Positions 9,146 to 19,452 of a DNA stretch of 64,000 nt are shown piece by piece. Under the pieces are notes generated by a model that was not told the DNA's origin, did no database searches, and saw only the letters and a program-made list of their open reading frames with translations. Within the stretch, counting starts at the first letter, position 1. Each line of letters opens with the position of its first letter. The translations under genes were made by a program, and so were the position numbers. The stretch is from Treponemataceae bacterium (GTDB lineage Bacteria; Spirochaetota; Spirochaetia; Treponematales; Rectinemataceae), in NCBI GenBank assembly GCA_963667725.2, contig CAXXHO010000005.1, positions 1,056,001 through 1,120,000 of the forward strand. Direction: 5' to 3'.

Positions 9146-11200
9146 TCAGCCCTGGTTGATCCATACGCGCATTTCGTTCCTGCCGCGGTTAGCCCAGGCG
9201 TAATAGGGAATCGCCTTTACCTTGATCGGCCTGAAGTCGAAATCGGCTTCCTTGTAGAGTTCGTCGCGCCAGTCGCCGCCGGTGATGCCGCCGCCGCTGC
9301 TTCCACTGCCGCCGCTTCGGAAGGCCTTTCCCTCGATACAGGTGACGCCGCCGAGCAGGTCCGGTTCGTAGCGGGTCTCGAAATCGGGTTCCCTGGCGAG
9401 CGTGATATCGGAGAGAAGGGGGCCGTTGTCCGCTTCTTCGAGGCAGTAGACTTGAGGGCCGCGCGTCAGCGCCACCTTGCCGGCGTCTTCGCGCACGAGC
9501 GGGTTGGCGCGGACGCGGCGCACGGACATGGGCAGGGTGAACTCCACTCGGTCGCCGCGCTTCCACTCGCGATCGATGTGGAGGTAGCCGTCCTCGATGG
9601 CAGTCGGCGCCTCGTGGCTCATAAGCGCCTTGTCGCTCATAAGCGCCTTGTCGCTCATAGGCGCCGCGCCGCTTATAGGCATCGCGACGCTTTCGGCGCC
9701 GCCCGAGGCGAGGCGGACGGTAGGAGAATTCCCGCCGCCGCACCAGCCCGGCACGCGAATCGAAAGAATGAAGCGGACGGGCTTGTCCGGCGAAACGGCG
9801 ATGGACATGCATCCATCGCGCAGATAGTCGCCTTCCATCGTCACGTCGACAGGGACGCCGCCCATCGCGACTTTCGCGCTCGAGGCGATGAAAAGCTGCG
9901 CCGCGAGCCGTCTTTCGTCCGCTGAATAGATATATCCGCCTAAAGAGGCTATGAGACGGGCCAGGTTGGGCGGGCAGCAGGCGCAGGGGAACCAGCCGCG
10001 CCGGGTCGCGCCAGAGTATTCGGCGTCCAGCCTCGCTTCAATTTCCTCCGGCACGGCCTCGAGAAGATTCGTGTAGAAATAACTCTTGCCGTCCAGCGCG
10101 AGGCCGGAGAGAATCCCGTTGTAGAGGGCGCGCTCGGCCACGTCGAAATAGTCGCCCTTCAGTTCGAGCCGGCTCATCCTGGCCGCCCAGAACATGAGCC
10201 CGATGGAAGCGCAGGTTTCGTTGTAGGGAGTGCCGTTCGGCAAGTCGTAATCGCGCGAAAAGCCTTCCCACCATTCCCGCTGGCCGATGCCGCCCGTGAC
10301 GAACATCTGACGCCTCGTCACGTCTTTCCAAAGCGCCCCGCAGGCCTCCGCCAGCCCCTTGTCGCCGGAGAGGGCGGCCACGTCAGCCATACCCGAGTAC
10401 ATGTAGACGGCCCGCACCGCGTGGCCCACCGCCGTCTTCTGTTCGCGCACGGGCATATGCGACTGATTGTACTCGTACATCTTGGGACCGAAAGGACCCA
10501 GGTCGCCGGGCTCCCCCCGAGCGGCCGCCTCCAGCTCGTAGAAATGCGGCTTCCTGCCGCGCTCGTCCAGGAAATATTTCGCCAGGCGAAGATAGCGCTC
10601 CTCACCCGTGACTTCGTACAGCTTCGCGAGCGCCATCTCGATCACCTGATGGCCGGGATAGCCGTGGAGCTGGCCAGGGCCGGGGCCGAACACCGTGTCG
10701 ATATGGTCGGCGTTCCTTCGCATAATATCGAGGAAACGGCGCTTGCCCGTCGCGCGGAAGTAGGCGACGGCGGCTTCGATCAAGTGCCCCGCGATATAAA
10801 GCTCGTGGCTCTCGCGCTCGTTCGTCCAGCGCTCGCCCTTCTTCGCGAGGGTGAAATAAGTGTTGAGGTAGCCGTCGGGCCACTGCGCCTCGCCAATCGT
10901 CTCGATCAGATCGTCGGCCAGGGCTTCCAGCCCCTGGTCTCCCTTCGTCGCCAGACAGTAGGCCACGGCCTCCAGCCACTTCGCGACATCGCTGTCCTGG
11001 AAACGCTTGCCGTAGAACTCGCCCGATTCCCTGCCCGCGGCGATCCGGAAGTTGGCGATAGCGTGGCTTCGGGCCACGCCGGGCACACGGTCGTTCATGA
11101 CCTCCCACTGATAGGGAACGATGACCTCGCGAACCAGCTCGATATACCGATTCCAGAAAGCGTCGGTGACTTTCACCGCTCCGACATCCAAAGGCTTCAT
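9146..11200 (-). CDS. GH127 beta-L-arabinofuranosidase (HypBA1-like)
   Basis: FQDSDVAKWLEA, HELY, GHAVRA, YNETCAS, CACCPPN and PYYAWANRG motifs. Confidence 0.92.
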   Translation of the reverse strand: MKPLDVGAVKVTDAFWNRYIELVREVIVPYQWEVMNDRVPGVARSHAIANFRIAAGRESGEFYGKRFQDSDVAKWLEAVAYCLATKGDQGLEALADDLIETIGEAQWPDGYLNTYFTLAKKGERWTNERESHELYIAGHLIEAAVAYFRATGKRRFLDIMRRNADHIDTVFGPGPGQLHGYPGHQVIEMALAKLYEVTGEERYLRLAKYFLDERGRKPHFYELEAAARGEPGDLGPFGPKMYEYNQSHMPVREQKTAVGHAVRAVYMYSGMADVAALSGDKGLAEACGALWKDVTRRQMFVTGGIGQREWWEGFSRDYDLPNGTPYNETCASIGLMFWAARMSRLELKGDYFDVAERALYNGILSGLALDGKSYFYTNLLEAVPEEIEARLDAEYSGATRRGWFPCACCPPNLARLIASLGGYIYSADERRLAAQLFIASSAKVAMGGVPVDVTMEGDYLRDGCMSIAVSPDKPVRFILSIRVPGWCGGGNSPTVRLASGGAESVAMPISGAAPMSDKALMSDKALMSHEAPTAIEDGYLHIDREWKRGDRVEFTLPMSVRRVRANPLVREDAGKVALTRGPQVYCLEEADNGPLLSDITLAREPDFETRYEPDLLGGVTCIEGKAFRSGGSGSSGGGITGGDWRDELYKEADFDFRPIKVKAIPYYAWANRGRNEMRVWINQG
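9617..9688. repeat. 18-bp in-frame tandem repeat in GH127 (2 perfect and 2 degenerate copies)
   Basis: GCTCATAAGCGCCTTGTC at 9617 and 9635, variants at 9653 and 9671; encodes MSDKAL repeats. Confidence 0.85.
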
Positions 11201-11307
11201 GGGCGACCTCCGAATATTTAATTACTGTAATATTCAGTCTTTACTATCTTTATACGACAGCGAAAATCCGCTTGACACCGAATTTCGATGGGGTATTATG
11301 CATCTAT

Positions 11308-11318
11308 TGATATATCAG
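11308..11318. promoter_or_regulatory. Palindromic operator TGATATATCA(G), putative GntR site
   Basis: Just downstream of TTGACA(11272)-16-TATTAT; same motif at 14339-14350. Confidence 0.6.
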
Positions 11319-11336
11319 ATTTCCCCAGGAGGCACA

Positions 11337-12548
11337 ATGACACGGTTTACAAAAATCGGCGCGATTCTGCTCATCGTCGCGCTCTCGCTCGCCGGCCAGG
11401 CGGTATTCGCCCAGGCCAAGTATCATATCGGCGTATGCACCGAGACTGTCTCTCAGGCCGAGGACGACCTCCGCGGCGCGCAGCAGCTGATCAAGGAATA
11501 TGGCGCGGTCTCCGACGGCGGCATCATCCAGCATATCACCTACCCCGACGATTTCATGTCCCAGCAGGAGACGGTCATTTCCAACCTCGTCGCCCTCGCC
11601 GATGATCCCCTCATGAAAGCCATCGTCACCTGCAACGCCCTACCCGGCGTCTCCGAAGCCTACAAGCGCATCAGGGCGAAACGCCCGGACATTCTCCTTC
11701 TCGCCGCCCTGCCCGCCGAGGATCCCCTCGTCATCCAGCAGGCCGCCGACGTGGCCGTCGACCTCGACTTCGTGTCCCGCGGCTACACCATCGTCTGGGG
11801 CGCCAAGCAGATGGGCGCGAAAACCTTCGTGCACATTTCCTTCTCCCGCCACATGTCCTACGAGTCCCTGGGCCGCCGCAGGGCCATCATGGAACAAGCC
11901 TGCAAGGACCTTGGCATAAAGTACGCCTTCGAAACCGCCCCCGACCCGACCTCCGACGTCGGCATCCCCGGCGCCCAGCAGTTCATCCTCGAGAAAGTAC
12001 CCCAGTGGCTCCAGAAGTACGGTCCCAACGGCGAGAAAGTGGCCATGTTCTGCACCAACGACGCCCAGACCGAGCCTCTCATCAGGCAGCTCATCGCGTC
12101 CAAGAACGGCATCTTCGTCGAGCCCGACACCGCCTCTCCCCTCATGGGATTCCCCGGCGCCCTCGGCCTGGACCTGACAGCCGAGAAGGGCGATTTCCCC
12201 GCCATCATGAAGAAGATCGAGAAAGCCGTCGCCGACAAGGGCGCTTCCGGAAGAATGGGCACCTGGGCATACAGCACCGGTTTCTCCCTGACCGCCGGTA
12301 TGGGCGAGCACGCCAAACGCGTTCTCGACGGGAAGTCCAAGATCACCAGCATGAAGGACATCTACGACGCTATCGGAAAGTACACGCCCGGAGCCAAATG
12401 GAGCGGCGCTTTCTACACCGACATGAGCACCGGCGTCAGGGCCAAGAACGAGCTTCTCGTCTACATGGACACCTATGTGTTCGGCAAAGGCTATCTTGGT
12501 TCCACGGCGCAGAAGATCGCCGATAAATACTATCGAATAAAGAAATAG
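11337..12548 (+). CDS. DUF3798-family periplasmic binding-like protein
   Basis: Signal peptide; TYPDDFMSQQET, HISFSRHMSY, APDPTSDVG and FCTNDAQTEP motifs; start after AGGAGG. Confidence 0.8.
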   Translation: MTRFTKIGAILLIVALSLAGQAVFAQAKYHIGVCTETVSQAEDDLRGAQQLIKEYGAVSDGGIIQHITYPDDFMSQQETVISNLVALADDPLMKAIVTCNALPGVSEAYKRIRAKRPDILLLAALPAEDPLVIQQAADVAVDLDFVSRGYTIVWGAKQMGAKTFVHISFSRHMSYESLGRRRAIMEQACKDLGIKYAFETAPDPTSDVGIPGAQQFILEKVPQWLQKYGPNGEKVAMFCTNDAQTEPLIRQLIASKNGIFVEPDTASPLMGFPGALGLDLTAEKGDFPAIMKKIEKAVADKGASGRMGTWAYSTGFSLTAGMGEHAKRVLDGKSKITSMKDIYDAIGKYTPGAKWSGAFYTDMSTGVRAKNELLVYMDTYVFGKGYLGSTAQKIADKYYRIKK

Positions 12549-12585
12549 TCGCCGTCGCGATTGCTGGCCGATTTTCACGGCCATC

Positions 12586-12660
12586 CGGCCGCGATCCCGC
12601 GCGGATCCCGGGCTCCTTCCGGAGCTTCGGCTTCCGGCGGGATCGCGGCCGTTTCCTTTT
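12586..12660 (+). terminator. Long GC-rich stem-loop followed by a T-rich tract
   Basis: 15-bp inverted repeat 12586-12600/12637-12651 with internal hairpin, then TTTCCTTTT. Confidence 0.65.
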
Positions 12661-12734
12661 CTCTTGCTTCGCTTCGGTTTTGCCGGCATCATTGCATCCG
12701 GTACCGAAGGACATTAACCTTGAGGAAGTCTAGT

Positions 12735-14258
12735 ATGGATAAAAACCATGGACAGAAACAGTCGCTAGAGGGCGCCGGAGAAGGCGCGGGTCTGGGTACT
12801 GGCGCGGGCGCCGACGCTTCCGGGATGTTCGACGCGAGCGTTTACATCGACAGGCGGGAGGCCTTGCGGACTTCGCTTCTCTCGCGGGGCGTTTCAGAGG
12901 GCATTGTTCTCTTCCTGGGCAACCGCGAAAGCCCCATGAACTACACCGACAACGCCTATCCTTTCCGCCAGGATTCCAGCTTCCTCTACTTTTTCGGCAT
13001 AGCCCAGCCCAATCTCGCGGCGACCATCGACATCCAGACCGGCCGATCGACCCTTTTCGGCGACGATGTTTCCATGGAGGACATCGTATGGACGGGACAG
13101 GTGCCAGCGATAGCGGAACTGGCCGCGCGCTCCGGCGTGCGGAATGTCGCTCCGCGGGCGGCGCTGGCAGGAGCCGCGGCTCGCGCGGGCTCCGGAGCCG
13201 CTCCGCGATCCGGCTCCAGCCAAGGTCCCGAAGCCGCGAAGCTTCTCTTCCTTCCGCCTTACCGCGCCGACAGCCGCGCCGAACTCGCCGAGCTTCTCGG
13301 CATTTCCCTCCGCGAAGTGGATTCCAGGGCATCGCTGCCGCTCATCGTGAGCGCCATTGCCCTGCGCGAGATAAAACAGGCTCCCGAGATCGTCGAGATC
13401 GAACACGCCGTTGCGGTATCGGTGGAAATGCACCGCAGCATCATCGAATGCGCCAAACCGGGCCTGCGCGAGGCGGAATTAGCCGCCCTGGCTTCGGGCA
13501 TCGCCCTCGGAAGCGGAGGCAGGCTGGCCTTTCCCACCATCGCGACGACGCGGGGAGCCGTGTTGCACAATCACGATTATTCGCGCGTCCTCCGTGAGGG
13601 AGGGCTTTTTCTCGTGGACGCCGGCGCCGAGACCGTCTCGGGATACTCAGGCGACTTGAGCTCGACCTTCCCGATCTCGCCGCGTTTTTCGGAGAGGCAG
13701 CGCGCGATCTATGAAATCGTCCTCGCCGCGCAGAAAAAGGCCATTTCCCTCCTGAAGCCTGGGAGACCTTTTATCGACGCGCATTTCGCGGCGGCGCGCG
13801 TCATCGTCGAGGGCCTGAGCGGTCTCGGCCTGATGCGAGGGGATCCCGACGAGGCCGTCCGGCAGGGCGCGCACGCGATGTTCTTCCCCTGCGGCGTAGG
13901 CCACCAGATGGGTCTCGACGTCCACGACATGGAAAATTACGGCGAAGTATGGGTCGGCTACGATGGCGCGCCCAAGAGCAGACAGTTCGGCCTCGCTTCC
14001 CTGCGGCTCGCGAAACCTCTTCGCGCCGGCATGGTGCACACGGTCGAGCCTGGAATTTATTTTATTCCAGAGCTGATTGCCCGATGGAAGGCCGAAAGGA
14101 AACTCGAGAGTTTCATCGCCTACGATCGCCTGGACGAATGGCTCGATTTCGGCGGCATGCGCAACGAAGAGGACTGGCTCATCACCGAAGGCGGGGCGAG
14201 GCGATTAGGCCCCGAATTCGACAAAAGCGCTGAGGGAATAGAAGCGAGTCGCGGCTAA
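12735..14258 (+). CDS. pepP: Xaa-Pro aminopeptidase (aminopeptidase P)
   Basis: YPFRQDSSFLY, LHNH, DAGAE, GDLS, GHQMGLDVHD and TVEPGIY motifs; start may be 12735 or the later MFDAS. Confidence 0.88.
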   Translation: MDKNHGQKQSLEGAGEGAGLGTGAGADASGMFDASVYIDRREALRTSLLSRGVSEGIVLFLGNRESPMNYTDNAYPFRQDSSFLYFFGIAQPNLAATIDIQTGRSTLFGDDVSMEDIVWTGQVPAIAELAARSGVRNVAPRAALAGAAARAGSGAAPRSGSSQGPEAAKLLFLPPYRADSRAELAELLGISLREVDSRASLPLIVSAIALREIKQAPEIVEIEHAVAVSVEMHRSIIECAKPGLREAELAALASGIALGSGGRLAFPTIATTRGAVLHNHDYSRVLREGGLFLVDAGAETVSGYSGDLSSTFPISPRFSERQRAIYEIVLAAQKKAISLLKPGRPFIDAHFAAARVIVEGLSGLGLMRGDPDEAVRQGAHAMFFPCGVGHQMGLDVHDMENYGEVWVGYDGAPKSRQFGLASLRLAKPLRAGMVHTVEPGIYFIPELIARWKAERKLESFIAYDRLDEWLDFGGMRNEEDWLITEGGARRLGPEFDKSAEGIEASRG

Positions 14259-14338
14259 GGTAGACTATACTTGTTCGATGGAGAGGCGACGACCTCTTGT
14301 CAAGCGCAAAATTATGGTCTAGAGTGACAAAAAGTATT

Positions 14339-14350
14339 CTGATATATCAG
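14339..14350. promoter_or_regulatory. Palindromic operator CTGATATATCAG upstream of gntR-activase-hypD
   Basis: Perfect 12-bp palindrome 14 bp before the GntR start. Confidence 0.65.
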
Positions 14351-14364
14351 TTAGGGAGCGGAGG

Positions 14365-15057
14365 ATGAAAACATCCAATCAGCCGCGATACATGTCGCTT
14401 CGCGGCCAGGTTTACGACTATCTTCACGACGAACTCATGAAAGGCACGCTGAAGGCCAGTCAACGAGTCAATCTGGACGCTTTGGCCGAGAGTATCGGCG
14501 TGAGCCGAACCCCTCTGCGCGAAGCCTTGATCATCCTGGACGCCGAAGGCTTCGTCACGATTCTTCCGCGCAGCGGAATCCTCATCAACACCCTCACGCT
14601 CGAGGATATACGGAATCTCTATGAGATTATCGGCGCCCTCGAAGGCGCCGTGCTTTTCGCGGCCAAGGGCGCCATGAAGGCCCCAGCCATCGACCGCATG
14701 GCCATACTCAACGGCGACATGTCGCTCGCCCTCGATACCGAAGACTTCGACGGCTTTTATCACCTCAACCTCGAGTTTCATGGGGTATTCCTGTCGTTTT
14801 CCAAGAATCCCGCGCTTTTGCGCAACATCGATCTCGCCAAGCGGCGTCTCTACGATTTTCCGAAGAAGAAGGGTCTCCTGACCGAATGGGAGAGGGCTTC
14901 AATCCAGGAACACGCCCAGATCGTGGACTTTCTGAAAATGGGGGACTTTCGCGCCGCGGCTGAGTATGTCCGCGACATACATTGGTCCTTCGAGGTCCAG
15001 GAGCATTTCATCCAACGATACTACGAGTTCCCCGGCCAGCTGCCTCGAGCCCAGTAA
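14365..15057 (+). CDS. GntR-family regulator (FCD domain)
   Basis: LAESIGVSRTPLREAL wHTH. Confidence 0.92.
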   Translation: MKTSNQPRYMSLRGQVYDYLHDELMKGTLKASQRVNLDALAESIGVSRTPLREALIILDAEGFVTILPRSGILINTLTLEDIRNLYEIIGALEGAVLFAAKGAMKAPAIDRMAILNGDMSLALDTEDFDGFYHLNLEFHGVFLSFSKNPALLRNIDLAKRRLYDFPKKKGLLTEWERASIQEHAQIVDFLKMGDFRAAAEYVRDIHWSFEVQEHFIQRYYEFPGQLPRAQ

Positions 15058-15067
15058 GGGAGCGCAT

Positions 15068-16048
15068 GTGGAAATCCAGGGAACAGTCTTCAATGTCGCC
15101 CGCTTCTCTCTCCACGACGGGCCGGGCATTCGCACGGTCGTATTCCTGAAAGGCTGCCCCCTCTCCTGCGCCTGGTGCCACAATCCCGAGGGGATGAGCG
15201 CGAGACCCGAGGTTTTCTTTCGCCCCGACAAATGCGTGGCCTGCGGACGCTGCGCGGCGGTTTGCCCGAGACTGGCGGGAATTGCGGCCGCGGCACCTGC
15301 CGCGACTGCTGCCGCTGCCAAGACGGCCCCCTTCCCGAATGAAGCCTGCCCTCCAGGCTGCCAGGTCTGCGCCGGCGCCTGCCTCGTGGGCGCGCGGGAA
15401 GCGGTGGGAACCAGCTGGGATTTGCCGAAGCTGCTGGACCTCGTCCTGGCCGACCGCGCCTTCTACGAATCCTCCGGCGGCGGCGTGACGCTTTCGGGCG
15501 GTGATCCCCTGGCTCAGGCCCGCTTCGCCACGGCCTTTCTGGAAACCTGCGGCCGGGCCGGCCTGCACCGCGCCGTCGAAACCTCGGGTTTCGCCCCTGA
15601 GCGGGTTTTTCTCGACCTGGCAGCGCAGACGGATCTGCTGCTATTCGACATAAAACTGATGGATCCAGCCGCGCACAAGGCATGGACCGGCGTCGACAAC
15701 GCCCTGATATTTAACAACCTGAGGGCCGCCACCCAGGTGGCCGCCGCCAAGGCCGCCCGGTTGACCGCGAGCGCGGCGGGGCGCACTGGCGAAGCCATCC
15801 GCATTCGCCGGCCCATGATCCCCGGCGTCAACAACGGCGAGGATGAGACGCGAGCCCTGGCCGCTCTCGCCCTCGAACTCAGGGTAGGCGTCGACCTCCT
15901 TCCCTATCACGCCGACGCCGAAGATAAATACCTGAAAAGGCGAAAACCGTATCGGCTCGCGGGAATGGCGGCGCCCGAAGCCTCGAGCGTCGCGGAATGC
16001 GAGAAACTATTGTCCGACCTGGGCGTCCAGGTTCGGATTGGAGGATGA
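15068..16048 (+). CDS. Glycyl-radical enzyme activating enzyme (radical SAM with ferredoxin insert)
   Basis: HDGPGIRTVVFLKGCPLSCAWCHNPE; extra CxxCxxCxxxC; GTG start at 15068. Confidence 0.93.
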   Translation: MEIQGTVFNVARFSLHDGPGIRTVVFLKGCPLSCAWCHNPEGMSARPEVFFRPDKCVACGRCAAVCPRLAGIAAAAPAATAAAAKTAPFPNEACPPGCQVCAGACLVGAREAVGTSWDLPKLLDLVLADRAFYESSGGGVTLSGGDPLAQARFATAFLETCGRAGLHRAVETSGFAPERVFLDLAAQTDLLLFDIKLMDPAAHKAWTGVDNALIFNNLRAATQVAAAKAARLTASAAGRTGEAIRIRRPMIPGVNNGEDETRALAALALELRVGVDLLPYHADAEDKYLKRRKPYRLAGMAAPEASSVAECEKLLSDLGVQVRIGG

Positions 16049-16049
16049 G

Positions 16050-18455
16050 ATGAACGAAAGGATAACGCGGCTGAGGAAGCGAAGCTTCGATGCGAAACCC
16101 CGGATTTCCATCGAAAGAGCACTGATCCTCACCGCCTTCTATAAGGAAAACTCAGGCAAGTTCTCGGCTCCCGTGCTGCGCGCCATGGCTTTCCGCGAAC
16201 TCTGCGAAAAGAAAACCATCCATATCGGCGCCGACGAACTCATCGTGGGCGAGCGCGGTCCAGAGCCCAAAGCCGTATCGACCTTTCCTGAACTCACCTG
16301 CCACTCCAGCGAGGACCTGCGGATCCTCAATTCCCGGCCGATGACGAGTTATTCGATAGGGGAGGCCGAGATCGAAACCTACACCCGCGAGGTGGAGCCC
16401 TACTGGCGGGGCCGCTGCGTGCGCGACCGCGCCTTCGCCGACATGCCCGCCGAATGGAGCGGGCTCTACGAGGCCGGCGTATTCACCGAGTTCATGGAGC
16501 AGCGGGCTGCGGGTCACACCGCCCTGGACGGCGCCATCTACCGCAAGGGGCTCGACGAGTATCGCGCCGAGATTGCCGAGGCGCGGGCTGCCATCGACTG
16601 GGAGGGCGATCCGGAAGCCTATGACAAGAACGAGGAACTCACCGCCATGGACATCGCCTGCGAAGCGGCGATCATCTTCGCGCGCAGGCACGCAAGGCTC
16701 GCCGAATCCATGGCCGCGGCCGAAGCCGATCCCGCCCGCCGCGACGAGCTCCTCGCCATCGCGGCCATCTGCGACAGGATACCGGCCAGGGCGCCCGAAA
16801 CCTTCCATGAAGCGGTGCAGACCTACTGGTTCGCCCACCTCGGCACCATCACCGAACTCAACGGCTGGGACTCGATGAGCCCCGGCCACTTCGACCGCCA
16901 CCTCGAGCCATTCTACCGGCGCGACCTGGCCGCCGGCAGGATCGACGCCGAAAAGGCGAAGGAAATTCTCGCCTGCTTCTGCGTAAAGGTGAACAATACG
17001 CCAGCCCCGCCCAAGGTAGGCGTGACGGCGGCCGAGAGCGGCACCTACAACGACTTCACCCAGATAAGCCTGGGCGGGGTGGACCGCGACGGCGAGGACG
17101 CCTCAGGCGCCGTGTCGGCGCTGCTCCTCCAGAGCCTCGACGAGCTTCATCTCCTCCAGCCCCAGCCCTCCGTCCACGTGTCAGCGAAGACGGCCCAGCC
17201 CTTCCTCAAGCTCGCCGCCGAGGTGGCGCGAAAGGGGGCCGGCTACCCCAGCTTCTTCAATGCCGACCTCATCGTCCGCGAACAGCTGCGCGCCGGAAAG
17301 TCCCTCGAGGACGCCCGGGAGGGCGGCACCTCGGGCTGTGTCGAGACGGGCTGTTTCGGCAAGGAAGCCTACATCCTCCACGGCTATCTCAACGTGCCCA
17401 AGATCCTCGAACTGGCCATGAACGACGGCATAGATCCCTTGAGCGGAAAACGCGTCGGACCAGCCACCGGCCGCGCCGAATCCTTCCGCGATTTCGAGGC
17501 CCTCTACGCCGCCTTCGAGACCCAGCTGCGCTACGCGGTAGATTGGAAGATCCGCGTGGACAACAAACTCGCCCGGATCTACGCCGAGAACGTGCCCGCG
17601 CCCTATCTCTCCGTCCTCATCGCCGACTGCGTCAGGAACGGTCGCGACTACTACAATGGCGGCGCCCGCTACAACACTGACTACATCCAGTGCTGCGGCA
17701 TCGGAACGGTCACGGACAGCCTCTCGGCGATCAGGACCATGGTGTATCGTGATCCCTCGCACCGCGAGGATGCGCCTTTGTCAGGCGCGCCTAGCAAAGG
17801 CCGCGTCTCCATGAAGGAGCTGATGGCAGCGCTCGCTGCCGACTGGCAGGGCTTCGAAGCCCTTCGCGAAACGATATGGAACAGCGTTCCTTTTTATGGA
17901 AACGACGACGACAGGGCTGACGATCTGATGCGGCGCGTATTCGCCTCGGAGCTGGCGGCGATCGAGGGGAAGTCGAGCACGCGCGGTCCCACCTACCGCG
18001 TGAACATGCTCTCCACGACCTGCCACATCTATTTCGGAACCAAGCTGGGAGCCACGCCCAACGGCCGCCGCGCGCATACGCCTGAATCCGACGGGTCTTC
18101 CCCCTCCCAGGGGGCGGACAGGAAAGGTCCCACGGCGGTGATGAAATCGGTGGCCAAGATGGATCAGGTGCGGACGAGCGGAACCCTACTGAACCAGCGT
18201 TTCCTGCCTTCGACGCTTGCCGGCGATCGCGGCGTCGACGCCCTCGCCGGCCTCGTGCGGGGCTATTTCGCCCTCGACGGCCACCACGTGCAGTTCAACG
18301 TCGTCGACACGGCCACGCTTCGCAAAGCCCAGGCCAATCCAGGCGAGTACCGCAACCTACTCGTGCGCGTAGCCGGCTACAGCGACTATTTCGTCGACCT
18401 CGACCTGCGTCACCAGGAGGAGATCATCGCGCGCACGGCGCAGGAAGGGATCTGA
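16050..18455 (+). CDS. hypD: Glycyl radical enzyme, trans-4-hydroxy-L-proline dehydratase
   Basis: SGCVE and RVAGY motifs plus HypD-type segments FTEFMEQRAAGHT, PAPPKVG..ESGTYNDF, GCFGKEAY and TTCHIYFG (compared with recalled C. difficile HypD). Confidence 0.85.
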   Translation: MNERITRLRKRSFDAKPRISIERALILTAFYKENSGKFSAPVLRAMAFRELCEKKTIHIGADELIVGERGPEPKAVSTFPELTCHSSEDLRILNSRPMTSYSIGEAEIETYTREVEPYWRGRCVRDRAFADMPAEWSGLYEAGVFTEFMEQRAAGHTALDGAIYRKGLDEYRAEIAEARAAIDWEGDPEAYDKNEELTAMDIACEAAIIFARRHARLAESMAAAEADPARRDELLAIAAICDRIPARAPETFHEAVQTYWFAHLGTITELNGWDSMSPGHFDRHLEPFYRRDLAAGRIDAEKAKEILACFCVKVNNTPAPPKVGVTAAESGTYNDFTQISLGGVDRDGEDASGAVSALLLQSLDELHLLQPQPSVHVSAKTAQPFLKLAAEVARKGAGYPSFFNADLIVREQLRAGKSLEDAREGGTSGCVETGCFGKEAYILHGYLNVPKILELAMNDGIDPLSGKRVGPATGRAESFRDFEALYAAFETQLRYAVDWKIRVDNKLARIYAENVPAPYLSVLIADCVRNGRDYYNGGARYNTDYIQCCGIGTVTDSLSAIRTMVYRDPSHREDAPLSGAPSKGRVSMKELMAALAADWQGFEALRETIWNSVPFYGNDDDRADDLMRRVFASELAAIEGKSSTRGPTYRVNMLSTTCHIYFGTKLGATPNGRRAHTPESDGSSPSQGADRKGPTAVMKSVAKMDQVRTSGTLLNQRFLPSTLAGDRGVDALAGLVRGYFALDGHHVQFNVVDTATLRKAQANPGEYRNLLVRVAGYSDYFVDLDLRHQEEIIARTAQEGI

Positions 18456-18482
18456 GCCCCGCTGTCGGGAAGCCCCCGAGCC

Positions 18483-19193
18483 TCAGCGTTTTTGGCCGTA
18501 GTAGGCGCCGGCGCCGTGTTTGCGCCGCCAGTGCTTTTCAATGATGTAGTCGGGCAGTTCTCCCTGCGCGGGGTTGATGAGGCGCGTGTAGAGCGCCATC
18601 CTGCAGAGCTCCTCGAGGATGACCGCGTTGTGGAGCGCCTTGTCGGCCGAATCCCCCCAGGTGAAAGGACCATGTCCCGCCACGAGAATCATCGCCGTTT
18701 CCGCGGGATCTAGCCTAAGTTCGGCCATCGTCGCCACGATCAGCTTCCCGGTTTCCAGCTCATAATCGCCTCGCACCGCTTGCCTGGAAAGATAGGCCGT
18801 GCAGGGAATCCGCGACGTCGTCTGGTCGGCGTGGGTCGTTCCAAACAGGGGTAGGGGCGAGCAGGCCTGAGCCCAGCCGGTGGCGAAGGGGGAATGCGTG
18901 TGCGTGACGCCTTTCAGCGCGGGCCAGGCGCGATAGAGGGCCGCGTGCGTCGCTGTGTCCGACGAAGGACGCATGGCCCCTTCCACTACCTTGCCCTCAA
19001 AATCGACGATCACCATCGACGCCGCGCTGAGCGCCTCGTAGGCGACGCCCGAAGGTTTTATGGCGAAGACGCCCGCGTCGGGATCGGCCGCCGAAGCGTT
19101 GCCCCAGGTCAGGATGGCGAGACCGCGTTCCGAAATCCCCATGTTGGCTTCAAAGGCTTCCTCGGCGAGGCTGGCGTATTTCAATTTTGGCAT
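18483..19193 (-). CDS. araD: L-ribulose-5-phosphate 4-epimerase
   Basis: TWGNAS, IKPSGV, PSSDTATH, HTHS, GTTHAD, HGPFTWG and KHGAGAYYGQ motifs. Confidence 0.93.
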   Translation of the reverse strand: MPKLKYASLAEEAFEANMGISERGLAILTWGNASAADPDAGVFAIKPSGVAYEALSAASMVIVDFEGKVVEGAMRPSSDTATHAALYRAWPALKGVTHTHSPFATGWAQACSPLPLFGTTHADQTTSRIPCTAYLSRQAVRGDYELETGKLIVATMAELRLDPAETAMILVAGHGPFTWGDSADKALHNAVILEELCRMALYTRLINPAQGELPDYIIEKHWRRKHGAGAYYGQKR

Positions 19194-19224
19194 GGCATTC
19201 CTTCGTTTTAAAGCAAAATTTGAC

Positions 19225-19271
19225 GCGTGAACGTTCACACCGATTGTAAATGGCGCCTTTTCTGCTGTCAA
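19225..19271 (-). promoter_or_regulatory. araD promoter with LacI-type operator
   Basis: TTGACA(19271-66)-17-TACAAT(19248-43); operator GCGTGAACGTTCACAC at 19225-19240. Confidence 0.75.
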
Positions 19272-19347
19272 CGAGCCGCGGATGCCTTGAAAATACCACC
19301 CAATACCTTACTAACAATGTAACAAATGTAATTTATTTAAAATATAT

Positions 19348-19402
19348 TTGACAAAAAGGGAAAGGACTGCTAGCATTGTTTTTGTAGCGTGTACGTTAAC
19401 GC
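19348..19402 (+). promoter_or_regulatory. Promoter with LacI-type operator for the sugar ABC operon
   Basis: TTGACA-17-TAGCAT; operator GCGTGTACGTTAACGC at 19387-19402. Confidence 0.72.
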
Positions 19403-19452
19403 ATCTTTTACGATACAGAGTTTCTATCACTTTCGAGCACAGGAGCGTGGAA

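Noticed and set aside
16050..18455. Pyruvate formate-lyase or choline TMA-lyase
   Set aside because: Single-Cys SGCVE loop and HypD-type signature segments; no adjacent Cys-Cys pair and no microcompartment genes
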